Source: Octopus sinensis (Eukaryota). From it: a stretch of 64,000 bases of DNA. A model generated the notes under the pieces. It saw nothing but the letters and a program-made list of their open reading frames with translations, was not told the DNA's origin and did not search any database. Shown piece after piece: positions 12,901 through 27,087 of the stretch. Every line of letters starts with the position of its first letter. Positions within the stretch are counted from its first letter, which is position 1. The position numbers and the translations under genes were made by a program. The stretch is from assembly GCF_006345805.1 (NCBI RefSeq), contig NW_021834004.1, positions 1,026 through 65,025 on the forward strand, read 5' to 3'.

Positions 12901-13766
12901 TGTAAACCTGTCGTGCTGTAAAAGACGCGTTCAGTTTCCAGTAACCAGGACCCTGCCTATGTGTCTTATCTAAGTCAAGTGTACAAGTCACAAACTTGTG
13001 ATCTGTGTAACTGACTATATGAAATTGTGGACAACCTACACTATTTTTGTCTATTGTCCTACAGAATACTCTGTCTAAGTATGATCTGGACGACCCGATG
13101 CGGTTACTCCATGTCCACATTGGCACATTCGGGTGGTCCAGTCGGTACCTGTCAGACAGTTGGAAACGTCTGAGCAGGTCTTTGAGGCATTTGCATCCCC
13201 TCTATTGCTATCTCTGCCCACGTAGTCTAGATGCGTGTCCAGGGTGGCATTCCAATCCCCCACTAAAAGTAAAGGACGAGACGTTCCCATGAAAGACTCT
13301 AGACGTCGAAAGAAATCTGGTCGGCCTGTTAAGGACGGAGTATAAACTGCTATCAGTCGAAAAGCACACTCATTGCTGCCATCGACATCCAAAACGACCA
13401 GCCTACCCTCCGGGTCTAGGAAATTTGCTCTTACTTTGAGATCCAGACTCTTCCGGATAAGCACCGCGGTGCACCTCCGCCCATTCTCGGTAGACACGGA
13501 GAAAAAATAAATGTTGAAATGTGTACCGAAAATGTGCTGGAGTGCCCGCAAGCTGTGGAGTCTGGTCTCACTGATGGCTATGATATTAAGATTTAGTGAC
13601 TTGATGTAATTTAACAGGTAGCCTTGTTTCCAAGGCGACCCCAAGCCACGTACATTTATACTACCTATTCTGAGCATGTTCCGATAAAAGTGCAAAAAAG
13701 GAAAAGGAGAGAGAAAAGGTACTTGTTTTTCGAAAGTTCTTTGTCTTTCACCTCACGGTCTTCTTC
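9948..13766 (-). mobile_element. Tx1-clade LINE copy 2 (whole ORF2 plus 3' UTR; distinct subfamily)
   Basis: APE, RT and CCHC motifs in order; flanked on both sides by (GATA)n. Confidence 0.95.
10240..13677 (-). pseudogene. Frameshifted ORF2: AP endonuclease, reverse transcriptase and zinc knuckle
   Basis: MLRIGSINVRGL, ISETRL, VGDWNATLD, SYLDRVF, TDHKFV, GPGYWKLN, KSPGLDGLP.EFY, FRPITLLNADLKILAK, AYADDVT, GAKINREKS, GGLGMP, CPRC..DETVLHALVQCP; split over about 8 ORF pieces. Confidence 0.92.

Positions 13767-13858
<92 letters not shown>
13767..13858 (+). repeat. (GATA)n array between Tx1 copies 2 and 3
   Basis: Visible directly. Confidence 0.97.
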
Positions 13859-14764
13859 TTGTTTCTTTATTAGCACACAGGGCTGCACACAGATAGAACA
13901 AATTACAAGGTAGAGCTTTTCTTTGAAGGTTAAAAAAAAAAAAAAGGAAGGGGGAGTTTCGATCAAAAGGGATCGTAAAAGGAGAGAAAGAGGACAAAAA
14001 AAAGGGGGGTAGGGTTAAAAAAAGGGGGAGAGGAAAAAAAAATTGATCAATAGGGATCGTTATCACAGAAATGTCAATATGAAGTGTAAAGGGGAGGACA
14101 GGTGAGGTTTACCCGTGGAAAGAAAAAGCCTACGGAAAAGACCACGGTAACCTCGGTCAATGGAGTCACATGTTATATTTCTTTCTTTTTTTTTGCGAAT
14201 AAGCAACTCTCTGTTTTCAATCTGGGGTTCATGGGATCATGCTCAAGGTGGCTTCGTCATTCATACGTGCCATTCTTGCTACATTCACCCATCTTTTTTT
14301 AAAAACTTCGCTAGACAAAACTTGCCTCTTACTCTCACTTTCCTTTTCAAGTTTCCTTCTTCTACTTGAGAAGTGATGAGAGATTGCCCGAGAGGAAAGT
14401 GTTTGGTCTCCAATCCTTTCAGACGCGTCCACCAGATACATTCTTTCGCCATAGCCACAAGGATGATGAAAATAGCTCTTCCTTTCCGTTTGAAGGAGGG
14501 AGGCGTGACAATATTGACGATTAGACTCAGCTGATAAACGATTCGTCCCACGTGACAGCAGTGTTCGACACAAGCCCACAGGTCGGAAATTGTTGGACAC
14601 TGCACGAGTGCGTGCAGAACGGTTTCGTCGCTCTGACCGATCTCGGGCAGGTCGGCCCGTGTTTCTCGAGCCGTTGTCTGTAGAGCTTATCCCGAACGGG
14701 TAGCGCTTCTCGGTAGCACTGCCAGGCCAGGGATCTCTGGAAGTTGTCCATGGGCCCTGGCCCG
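13859..14764 (-). mobile_element. Tx1-clade LINE copy 3 (5'-truncated; same subfamily as copy 1)
   Basis: GPGPMDNFQRSLAWQCYREALPVRDKLY, near-identical to copy 1; same 3' UTR motifs; a short (GATA)n at 14765-14788 closes the cluster. Confidence 0.92.
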
Positions 14765-15804
14765 AGATAGATAGATAGACAGATAGATGTAGCTCTACTC
14801 AATTATTCTTTCCTGTTAGGCCGCAATTATAAGCGCATTATGTATAATTAAATACTATAAAATATCTTAGCTATTTATACTATATTTAATTACTATTTAT
14901 ACTGTAGAGCTCTTTAACATAAAGAAATCTCGGTTTGGCACTGAACTGTTAGCCAATAGAGAAGCGGAATATCTGCTTAGCTAGCAACTTAAACCAGTGT
15001 GGGGCGAACACAACCCACTAACACTGAAGCTGACCATTTGTAAGACAAACGACATCAAAAGGTCATCAGTTTTGAAGGTAGAGTGCTGTTTGATAGCATC
15101 GACTTTAGGCATGTGAATTTATTGACCCCGGAGAAATGAAAGGCAAAGTTGATCCCAGCGGGATTTGAACTTGGAACTTATAGAGTCGAGTTGTAACAAT
15201 GATTGCAAGGCATATTTTATCGACGCTCTAACAAGTCCCCGCCTTACAGCACGAATCAACAATGATCCACAGATGTAACATCGAAAAATAATGGCATAGA
15301 TTTATAATCTCAACATCAATGACATCAACATCATTGCATGAAATATCAGGTCAAAAACGAGCTTCTGCATAGTTGATCAACACACTAGAAACAGCAGCTA
15401 AGTTCCTTTTTAGATTATACTCTACTTCCTTCAAAAGTATTGGACAGATCTGATCATGTAGTCCTAGATACACAATACTCGGTAACGTGTTGGAGTGGTT
15501 TGGAAATTTTCGTCAAGATAGACTTTGGGCAAAACAATAACAACACCACCAATTTGTGATGGCCTTCAAGGCTCAAAAGAATTGTTTCACCTCGTTTCAA
15601 TATTTAATATTTAGAATAGATTCTATGGACATATTCGGTTGCCTATCAATTCTATAAATAGGAAATTTAAACCTAGACATCATGATCAATCAAGGTCGAA
15701 TTTGGCTGGTACAGTCTACGTTATTTCCAAAATATACTCAGTAAAATATGCTGATGGGTACATGGCCGCGCGCACACGCACATACACACTCACACACATA
15801 CACA

Positions 15805-16081
15805 GGCACGTGGCTTAGTGGCTTGGATATTCGGCTCTCGATCGTAAGCTCGTGAGTTCAATTCCCGGTGACGCGCTGTGTCCTTGAGCAAGACACTTTA
15901 TTTCCCGTTGCTCTAGTCCACTCAGCCAACCTTTTCAGACTCTGTGTCACTCTGAATCTCCCTGAAAACTATGTTTAGGGTACACGTGTCCGTGGAGTGC
16001 TCAACCACTTGCACGTTAATTTCACGAGCAGGCTGTTCCGTTGATCAGATCAGCTGGGACCCTCGTCGTCGTAACCGACGA
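15805..16081 (+). mobile_element. tRNA-headed SINE with a CORE-like segment and the SINE-C 3' tail
   Basis: GGCACGTGGCTTAGTGG...GAGTTCAATTCCC; TGTGTCCTTGAGCAAGACACTT (CORE-like); tail CCCTCGTCGTCGTAACCGACG. Confidence 0.7.
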
Positions 16082-16109
16082 AGATCTTCTGTGTCTGCAT
16101 ATATATATT

Positions 16110-16342
16110 CTCTTACTCTTTCTCTTTTACATGTTTCAGTCATTTGACTGCGGCCCTGCGAGCACCGCCTTTAATCGAGCAACTCGACCCCGGGACTTAT
16201 TCTTTTGTAAGCCCAGTACTTATTCTATCGGTTTCTTTTGCCGAACCGCTAAGTAACGGAGACATAAACACACCAGCATCGGTTGTCAAGCAATGCTAGG
16301 AGACAACACAGACACACACACGCATATATATATATATATATT

Positions 16343-16398
<56 letters not shown>

Positions 16399-16580
16399 AT
16401 ATATATATACATATATACAACGGGTTTCTTTTCAATTTCCGTCTACCAAATTCACTCACAAGGCTTTGGTCGCCCGAGGCTATAGTAGAAGACACTTGCC
16501 CAAGTGCCACGCAGTGGGACTGAACCCGGAACCATGTGGTTGGTAAGCATTGCTTCTTACCACACAGCCACTCCTGCGCT
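16110..16580 (-). mobile_element. SINE family A
   Basis: Reverse complement of the family A layout, with internal (TA)n. Confidence 0.88.
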
Positions 16581-16595
16581 TATATATTATATATA

Positions 16596-16643
<48 letters not shown>

Positions 16644-16691
16644 ATATATATATATATATAATTATATAATATATATATCTATTATATATAT

Positions 16692-16732
<41 letters not shown>

Positions 16733-16738
16733 TGCGTC

Positions 16739-16779
<41 letters not shown>

Positions 16780-16801
16780 TAAATACATATACACATATCT
16801 G

Positions 16802-16895
<94 letters not shown>

Positions 16896-17069
16896 TAAAT
16901 ACATATACACATATCACGTGCATAATGCCACAAACACGCAGGTACATTATATACATATATATACACGCACATGTATGTGCATATATGTATATAAGTATTT
17001 ACGTACATACACACGCACTCTTTCATCCTCCTCTGCTTGTATACGTGTGCAATCACATACATCTAATAG

Positions 17070-17100
<31 letters not shown>

Positions 17101-17452
17101 TGCGCACAGAGGCAAACATATATATATACATATATAATATATACATACACATAGGTATATTATATACCTACGTATCCTCTCCACTCGATCATAAAGCCAC
17201 CTTCTCAGACATCGTTCTATTGTTTCCTCTTTTGTCTATGTTTATCTTCCATCAAGCTGCTCAGCATCTCTACTTATCCCATCCTCTCAGATCTATTTCC
17301 TTTACATCCTCTCAGCCTCTCTCCCACGAACCCCCACCATCGCCACCTACTCTGCACAAGATATACCTTGTTCCACCCGAAATTGTTGTTGCCTCCTCGC
17401 CGCTTCCTCCACCCCACCACACACACACACACACGCGCACACACACGCACAC

Positions 17453-17484
<32 letters not shown>

Positions 17485-18844
17485 CACTCCAACATATATC
17501 TTTCTGTGCGATGGCAACAGTTCCAACATTAATAATCTCCAGCACACCAACATACCATCGCATTATATACATCAAACCATCTCAGATTATAAGCACCATC
17601 ATCATACATACCATCCACCACCACCACACAACTACGTGATACTATCACATGACCAAACTACGCATAATTCCACCTGCATAATAACACACAAACACACCAT
17701 CACTTTCTCACTCGCACACACACACAAATGGCAGCATGATGGTAGAGTCGCTACGAATATCGGGTTGAATACCTTGTGGTATTCGTTCCTCCTCTTTGCC
17801 CTCTAACTTCAAATCCCTCTGAGGTTAACTTTACCTTTCATTCCTTGGAAATCGATAAAAATACCAACTCAGTCCTGGGGTCCCTTCTTGCGCTACTAGT
17901 ACTACTACCACCACCACCACCGCCACCGCCACCACCACTACCACCACCACCATCACCACCACCACTACCACCATCATCACCACTGCTACTACGACTACGA
18001 CTATTTATTCCGTCTCTTTGTCTCTTTCTCTCTCTCTCTCTCTTTACGTCCTTGCTCTTCTCTCTGGAAGAATCCGGTTGTGTTCATACCTGGAGAGAGA
18101 TGGACCTCACCAGATTTCAATATTCCCCCAGACACGCCGGAATATCTTTGATTACATATTACCTCGTTCAGGGCTAGCTTGGAACCAAACAGCAACAAAA
18201 TCTGCAACATATTTACCACAGCTTGCTCCCACAACACCGAGAAAGCCAAGAGACAACGAGGCAAACTCCCTACTCCAGCAGATTTTAATCTGGAGCCCTC
18301 AAAGAAAGTACAGATGATCCATGAGCTTCTCGATAAGAAAGAGTTCTGAAAAACCTGGGAATATGAATTATAAAAGAGATCCTTGGAGCCGTTGCTCTAC
18401 GTTGTGGCTCGACGAGCTGGAAGTAGCAGCTAAGTCACCTTCGAATTCGTCTTAGAAAAGGACAAATAAGGGTCATGCTGTCTAATTTCCCTGTACATAG
18501 AAAAAAAAACGGAATGATCACGACTGGAATGCATCCTATTGTAGATCATCTAAACGATCAGAATTGACCTGGAGACCAAACAACAACAACGACAACAACA
18601 ACGGCAGGTCATTATTGAAAACCACCACATAACACAACGTATCCTCACACTACTACCCCATTTATCAATTAACCTTTGACCTCACACTACCACCACACAG
18701 CACTACCATGCAGACGATACAGGGTTCAGAGCTGTCACGCAATCGGTTTCTCTTACGTATCAATGAACGAGACTGTATGTAATCGCTCGACCTGCTACAT
18801 TTAATAGCCAAATCTCTCGTCCATCAGTATGTAAGAAAGCGAAA

Positions 18845-19234
18845 GTGGAGGCGCAATGGCCCAGTGGTTAGGGCAGCGGACTCGCGGTCGTAGGATCGCG
18901 GTTTCGATTCCCAGACCGGGCGTTGTGAGTGTTTATTGAGCGAAAACACCTAAAAGCTCCACGAGTCTCCGGCAGGGGATGGTGGTGATCCCTGCTGTAC
19001 TCTTTCACCACAACTTTCTCTCACTCTTACTTCCTATTTCTATTGTACCTGTATTTTCAAAGGGTCGGCCTTGTCACTCTCTGTGTCACGCTGAATATCC
19101 CCGAGAACTGCGTTAAGGATGCACGTGTCTGTGGAGTGCTCAGCCACTTACACGTTAATTTCACGAGCAGGCTGTTCCGTTGATTCAGATCAACCGGAAC
19201 CCTCGTCGTCGTAACCGACGGAGTGCTTCCATCC
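18845..19234 (+). mobile_element. SINE family C, full length
   Basis: Head GGAGGCGCAATGGCCCAGTGGTTAGGGC...GGTTTCGATTCCC; 12-bp TSD AAGAAAGCGAAA at 18833-18844 and 19235-19246. Confidence 0.93.
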
Positions 19235-19513
19235 AAGAAAGCGAAAAGCACACTGGATAATAGGATCCTAGATACACTATGCATGAACAATACGGGCTGT
19301 TGATCGACACAGAGTGCATTTCGTTTTAATTCTGCTCAGAGAGGGACAACTTGGGACTAAACAACAAAAACAACAACGAGATGAACCACCGTGACATCTT
19401 TCTACCACTGTACCAGTAACATTCTACCATTCTGCAACCCTGTCCCACGATGTTACCTAACTGCAGTGCCACACCACACCGAGTTGAGTCCTAATATATG
19501 GATCAACACGGAC

Positions 19514-19737
19514 TTTTTTTTTACTCTTTTATTGGTTTCAGATATTTGACTGCGGCCAGGCTGGAGCACCACTTTTAGTCGAACAAATCGACCCCAGGAC
19601 ATATTGTTTGTAAGCCTGGTACTTATTCTATCAGTGTCTTTTGCCAAACCGCTAAGTTACAGGGGCGCAAACATACCAACATCGGTTGTCAAGCGATGGT
19701 GGGGGCACAAACACAGACACAGAAACATATAACTATG

Positions 19738-19781
<44 letters not shown>

Positions 19782-19814
19782 TAATCCAAACATGAAAACA
19801 CAAAGAGAAAACAC

Positions 19815-19852
<38 letters not shown>

Positions 19853-20031
19853 TGTGTGTGTGTGTATGACGGGCTTCTTTCAGTTTCCGTCTACCAAATC
19901 CAATCACATGGCCTTGGTCCGCCCGAGGCTGTAGTAGAAGACACTTATCGAAGGTGCCACGCACTGGGACTGAACCCGGAACATTGAGGCTGGTAAGCAA
20001 GCTGCTTACCACACAGCCACTCCTGCGCCTA
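19514..20031 (-). mobile_element. SINE family A
   Basis: Family A head and tail with internal (TA)/(TG) arrays. Confidence 0.87.
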
Positions 20032-20189
20032 TATGAAAATGAATCTAAGACGAACACTAGTATGCTTCCATATCTACCTTGTAGACGTAATTTTTATAGT
20101 ATCTCGAAGCAAACATATAAAGCTATAAATAATATATAAATATTGGATTTTCAAACCCACAGTTGCATGCTAATATTCATAGCTTTCTA

Positions 20190-20405
20190 AAGGTGGCGAG
20201 CTGGCAGACTCGTTAGCACACCGGAATAAAATGTTTAGCGGCATTTCGACCGTCTTTACGTTCTGAGTTCAAATTCCGCCGAGGTTGACATTGCCTTTCA
20301 TCTTTTCTGGGTCGATAAATCAAGTACCATTTGAGTACTAGGATTGTTATGATCGACTGTCCAACTCACCACAAAATCCAGGCCTTGCGCCTATAGTAGA
20401 AGGGA
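20190..20405 (+). mobile_element. SINE-B head/body with an alternative tail running into (ATT)n
   Basis: GGTGGCGAGCTGGCAGA...GCCTTTCATC body; tail GGCCTTGCGCCTATAGTAGAAGGG-ATTATT replaces the Tx1-like tail. Confidence 0.8.
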
Positions 20406-20435
20406 TTATTATTGTTGTTGTTGTTGTTGTTATCA

Positions 20436-21707
<1,272 letters not shown>

Positions 21708-21720
21708 ATTATTATTATTG

Positions 21721-21788
<68 letters not shown>

Positions 21789-21792
<4 letters not shown>

Positions 21793-22116
21793 TAGTTTTA
21801 TTTTTATAGCGTGCTTTCACTTCACTACCGAGTGCAGCTCTGTGTGCCTTGGGTATGTGCTGTGATTTGTTGTGATGCTCTGATGATTACTGTATGGAAA
21901 GTGTTCTGCGTGGGATGTGTGCAGTGCCTAGTAGTGCAATTTTCTGTATGTTATATGTGTTTGTAAGTCCTGGTGTTTTTGTTATGTATTTGTCTGAATG
22001 TTTTTTTATCATGCCTAATGCACCTACTATGATAGGAATTGTTTCTGTTTTTAGATTCCACATTCTGGTTACCTCTATTTCCAGGTCTTTGTATTTTCAA
22101 AAATTTTTTCCATTTC

Positions 22117-22120
<4 letters not shown>
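21789..22120 (-). mobile_element. R4/Dong-type LINE 3' fragment (restriction-like endonuclease C-terminus)
   Basis: Minus strand reads KYKDLEIEVTRMWNLKTETIPIIVGALG...IQKIALLGTAHI.R, then a short UTR ending ...ACTGA(ATA)n. Confidence 0.85.
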
Positions 22121-22173
<53 letters not shown>

Positions 22174-22270
22174 CATTATTATTATTATCATTATTATTTT
22201 TATTTTTATTATTATTATTATATTATTATTATTATTATTATTACTATTATCATTATCATTATTATTATTA

Positions 22271-22440
22271 TCGATGTCGCACGGTATACAATATCGTGAG
22301 GTTGTTGATTGAAGATATTGTGTCTGTTGGGGGGTTTGTACTGTTTGTCAAGTCACAACAAGGTCGTCCTCAGACAGACAGTACTTTACTCAATATGCGT
22401 AGTTACAAGTAATGCCAACTTTTGCAATAAATCTTTTATG
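22271..22440 (-). mobile_element. Second R4/Dong-type 3' fragment (different 3' UTR)
   Basis: Minus strand reads LLQKLALLVTTHI..KVLSV*, then a UTR and (TAA)n. Confidence 0.6.
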
Positions 22441-22465
22441 ATTATTATTGTTATTATTATTGTTA

Positions 22466-22526
<61 letters not shown>

Positions 22527-22540
22527 CATCATCATTATTA

Positions 22541-22585
<45 letters not shown>

Positions 22586-22748
22586 CATCATCATCATTAT
22601 TATTATTATTATTATTATTATTACATAAAGCATTTATATATGAATGTATGAATATATGTGCATATGCACACATATTTGCTGTTCGGATACCTTACTGATA
22701 TCAACCTACGATACTGGTTATTGCTACATCCTTTAAGCTGTAAACACA

Positions 22749-22779
<31 letters not shown>

Positions 22780-23926
22780 GCGCGCGCAGAGCTAGTGTTA
22801 TTTAATCATGTTGTTGCTGTTGTTACTCTTCACGTTCTTCATGATACTATTAACGACCTTCTTGTATTTTTATCGCACTTACAAATACCTCCGAGGTACA
22901 GTTAAACAAACGATGCTTCACAACGAGCCTTCGTATTGATACACATGCATACGCACGCGAACACACACGCACATACACACTCATATATATATATATATGC
23001 ATGCATTTATATGCTGGTATGTATGTGTGATAGAATGTACATACATACATACATACATATATACGTAATCTGGAGCACTTCTAGTTTTCCCCACTATTTC
23101 CAACACGCTTCAGAATATGCCAGAACATATTTGCGTGTGTGTGTGTGTGAGCGCGTGGCTGTGCATGTGTGTGTGAATGTGTCTGCGCGTGCGTGCATGC
23201 CTCAATTTTTACACGAAAATTGTTTGATAATGACCTCTAAGTTTCCGTTATAACGGTCTTTTGGCTCTGATCTATTTTCGTCTTTCAAGCTTCTTTTTTT
23301 TGTGGTGTTTTTGTTGCTTTTGTTTATGGTAGGTTGTTTCTTTGTTAGGTTGAGTAACTGAAAATTAAACTTGGTGCAGACAGATAGTTCTCGGTGTAGT
23401 CTTCACGCGAAAATGGGTGTTGCTGCGTCTTTTCGTGTTTTCAATCAATGTTAGGAAAGCGCTCACATCAGAACCGACACATCAAATTGAGGTTTGTTTT
23501 TAATGTGAAATTATACGTTGAAATTATAATTGAAGGATCACTCAATATATGTTACAGAGGGCGTACTTATTAAGTTTAACAGCAAAATTGTTGACAGTAA
23601 CTTCGAATGTGTTGCTATATTCCCGTCATCAGACCGTAGTTTACTTTGGTCTTTCAAGATATGTATGAAATGTTTTTGGCAGGGTATTCTCTTGGTAGAT
23701 TTAGTAATGCAAGAGAAAATTAAGTGTGGTGTAGGTAGACAAGTATAGACATATATCTCATCATACCACATGCTATACTTCAATGCAGTCACCTCTATTC
23801 AGCTGTCGGTGCCACTCAAAGTTAGGCCCCCGCCCTAGCCCCATCACCGACCACCTTTCCTTTTCTCACTCGAACTCTCAACAACACGATCCTAACACAT
23901 AACCTTTTTTATAAGTCGACCCGAAT

Positions 23927-23959
<33 letters not shown>

Positions 23960-23974
<15 letters not shown>

Positions 23975-25180
23975 CAGATGCGACCAGAACGTGGAAGAGT
24001 TTCTTACAGTTCTTTCGCCCCAATCCACACTCAACCTCGATACATTTTTTGTCCTTCCATTGCAATAAATTTCCCTTTAACCAGGACTTCGCCACTTTAT
24101 CTATAACAGGCTTTTCTTTCAAAATCATGGATCACTTCACCTGTATTCTAAAAAGTGATATTTTACGACGCCAAATGCCAAAACTGGTTGACTGTACATA
24201 AGGAAAACTGGTCCACCTTTGGTCTCGTTTTAGAGAAAACAGACTGGAGTCTACCAATTTAATTCATCTCAAAGTCTTTGAAATAATACAGCATCGTAGT
24301 GTTCCAGTTTTGGGGGGTTGTCTTGAACAAGACTTGTTCTGCTTCAACTCAGCTTCATTGCTGCTATTAACAATCGATTGACTATCCGACGAAGCATCAA
24401 CACTCATTCATCTTTTTCGCCCATACACTCTCTCCTTCTTCCTCCCCTCACCGTTTTTCTGTCCATTCATACGCTTATGGTGACCGATTATCATCACGGA
24501 TCTGAGAAGTCTACCTCAGAAGAGGTCTAAAATGTGATCACGTGTGAGGGAAATTTATTTGGAACACCAGTGATACTTAGTTATCGGGTGGCCATCTTAC
24601 TGCAGGGTCGAATGTTCACATTGATAACAGTGTGTGTTCGCAAGAGAAAATCCTTACACATAACTTGCAGTGATATTAAGGACCTTCTTTATGCTTAGAC
24701 TGCAAACACGGTCTATAATATGGTCCGTAGCATATCTGTTATGATTGGTCGATAATATCCAACCAGTTCTGGGTCACGTTTGTTAATCTTCCAAACGCTT
24801 TAGATGGTATGAAGATTCCCTTTTGATGCCTTTTGATCAATTCCATTGTATACTGCAGAGAATCACAAACCCTTTGACGTATGCAACTTCTGGAACATTC
24901 ATTGGGATTATCTCTACTCGAGGAGACAGGATCTTAAGCTTCTCATCACTTATTTTCATGCTCCAAACATTTAAATACTTCATCAAACTATTCAGTAGAT
25001 TTCTTTTCAATTTGCCAAAGACCGTGAATGTCACAAATGCGTTATCAGCATTTCTAAAATCCAAAGAGTTCTGTTTTTGACAAAGATTTTCTGTTCTTGC
25101 AAAAAGGTAATCTAAGAGTTTTATGAACAAGGTGAGCAATAGAATGCAGGCCTGTATTTCACATGGGTATATTAGAGCTA
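23960..25180 (-). mobile_element. Possible decayed LINE ORF1/endonuclease region
   Basis: Residual Cys/His knuckle-like fragments and a 100-aa ORF; motifs weak. Confidence 0.3.
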
Positions 25181-25277
25181 ATCTGTCAGGTGAGCATCGA
25201 TGGCCAAACTACTTTAAATATTACTGTATGGGGGTCTCTATAAGTTTCATTTTCTTGGAATATGCACATTAGCTGGC

Positions 25278-25324
<47 letters not shown>

Positions 25325-25328
<4 letters not shown>

Positions 25329-26153
25329 AAATACACAAAAGATCCGCAAAAAATACAAAAAAGGACAACAAAACATCCAGATAGACGATACAAAGGAAAC
25401 AAGGACGGGACATTCGGAGTTTTCTATCCTCAGTCGAGTTCCAGATTATCTTAGCAATTTCGGCTGGTTATACTCTAGATTGCTGCAATCTGGTCAGCCC
25501 CAAGGAAAAAGTAAGCTAAGAGTATTAGATTCCTTGGAAGAAAGCAGCAAATGTATACGAAAACAAGGACGGAAAAAAAGCAGAGAAATGTTACACAAAT
25601 ACAAATGCAATTAACACAAACAACAGGTGTCTTTCGACTAAGGACGAATTAAATTAAGCTGGCGTGTGTGGAAGTAAAGCATTACGGCAGGGACATAGGA
25701 TTTGACTGGCACAGGGAGGAATATAGATGTTGCAAGGATGGTAATCGAAACAAGAAAGAAAGGTCAGGCCTGGCCGAACACCGGTCACGTGGTGTGAGAA
25801 GAGAGAGAGGTAGAGGCAGAGAGATAGAAGAATTAAGGAGGAGCGGGAAAAATGAGACACGGTGAAGTGAAAGAGGAGGGAAAGTGAGCATAAAGAGGAG
25901 GCCAGGAAACGTGTGAGAGGAGGAACGAAATAACGAAGAGTGGAATGAACGAAGTGTGAAAGGGCTGATAGAAACAAGGAAAGAATGAAAGAATAGAAAG
26001 AATAGAGTCGTACAAAATTTATATATATACTTACATATAAGAGACCAAAGTGTACGTACGCCGCTTTATTTTATGTATAAAAAATACACAAAAATACAAA
26101 AATGGGACAACAAGGCAAAACATCCAGACAGACGATAAAAGAAAAGAAGGACG

Positions 26154-26155
<2 letters not shown>
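25325..26155. mobile_element. Penelope-like non-autonomous fragment with partial direct terminal repeat
   Basis: ~75-bp imperfect direct repeat AAATACAC...GGACAACA..AAAACATCCAGA.AGACGATA at ~25330 and ~26082; (TA)n flanks; degenerate CTGAGGA...CGAA on the minus strand. Confidence 0.45.
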
Positions 26156-26187
<32 letters not shown>

Positions 26188-26695
26188 GGAGAGAGAGAGA
26201 GATGCATGTAGACAGACACATGTAGCCGCGTTTTTTACGGGCCAATCATAATTTAATAGGTTCCTCGCCCTGGAGACTCGCCCTGGAGACTCATTCTACA
26301 CTGCACAGTTTGCTTAACTGTCAATCCCCACTGCTGCTGCAGCAGTGTGTTTTGCCCCAAGCTGTCGCATCGCAGTGTTCCTCTGGGTCAAGGGTAAGTC
26401 GGCCGAGAGGAGGTCGATATCAGCTCGTAGCTACATAGACGCGTTATTTGTTTTTATCTTTAATCGTTTCCTTATTTCAATCGCAACACCGCGGCCATGC
26501 TGGAGCACGGCTTTGGGGAATTTTTAGTCGAATGAAACGATCCCAGTACTATTCTTTTTTTTGGGGGGGGGCAATGAAACTCGACGCAGGTAAAGTGATA
26601 AATGATACATGTAAAAATTGGGTTACAAAAATCCCTTGGATAGAATAAGCTCTCCATGGAAGTCGATCCCTCATCTGCAATAAGCATAAAGATAT

Positions 26696-27087
26696 GGGGA
26701 TAGAAGCACTCCGTCGGTTACGACGACGAGGGTTCCGGTTGATCCGAATCAACGGAACAGCCTGCTCGTGAAATTAACGTGCAAGTGGCTGAGCACTCCA
26801 CAGACACGTGTACCCTTAACGTAGTTCTCGGGGATATTCAGCGTGACACAGAGAGTGACAAGGCCGGCCCCTTGAAATACAGGTACAACGGAAACAGGAA
26901 GTAGGAGTGAGAGAAAGTTGTGGTGAAAGAGTACAGCAGGGATCACCACCATCCCCTACCGGAGCCTCGTGGAGCTTTTAGGTGTTTTCGCTCAATAAAC
27001 ACTCACAACGCCCGGTCTGGGAATCGAAACCGCGATCCTATGACCGCAAATCCACTGCCCTAACCACTGGGCCGTTGCGCCTCCACT
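26696..27087 (-). mobile_element. SINE family C, full length
   Basis: 10-bp TSD ATAAAGATAT at 26686-26695 and 27088-27097. Confidence 0.93.

Noticed and set aside
8290-14764. Tx1 cluster as a simple tandem duplication or LTR element
   Set aside because: The copies differ in subfamily, 5' breakpoints and UTRs; there are no LTR, protease or integrase motifs.
18055-18400. Unique-looking segment with short ORFs
   Set aside because: No recognisable motif or splice pattern; probably decayed mobile DNA.
18845-18920. tRNA-like sequences at SINE heads
   Set aside because: They continue into multi-copy SINE bodies with TSDs, so they are not standalone tRNA genes.
26260-26400. Possible + strand exon (AATAG acceptor, open frame, AGG|GTAAGT donor)
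   Set aside because: Weak acceptor and no recognisable protein; the reverse strand looks like a retroelement leader (CCCGTAAAAAA). It cannot be supported without RNA data.
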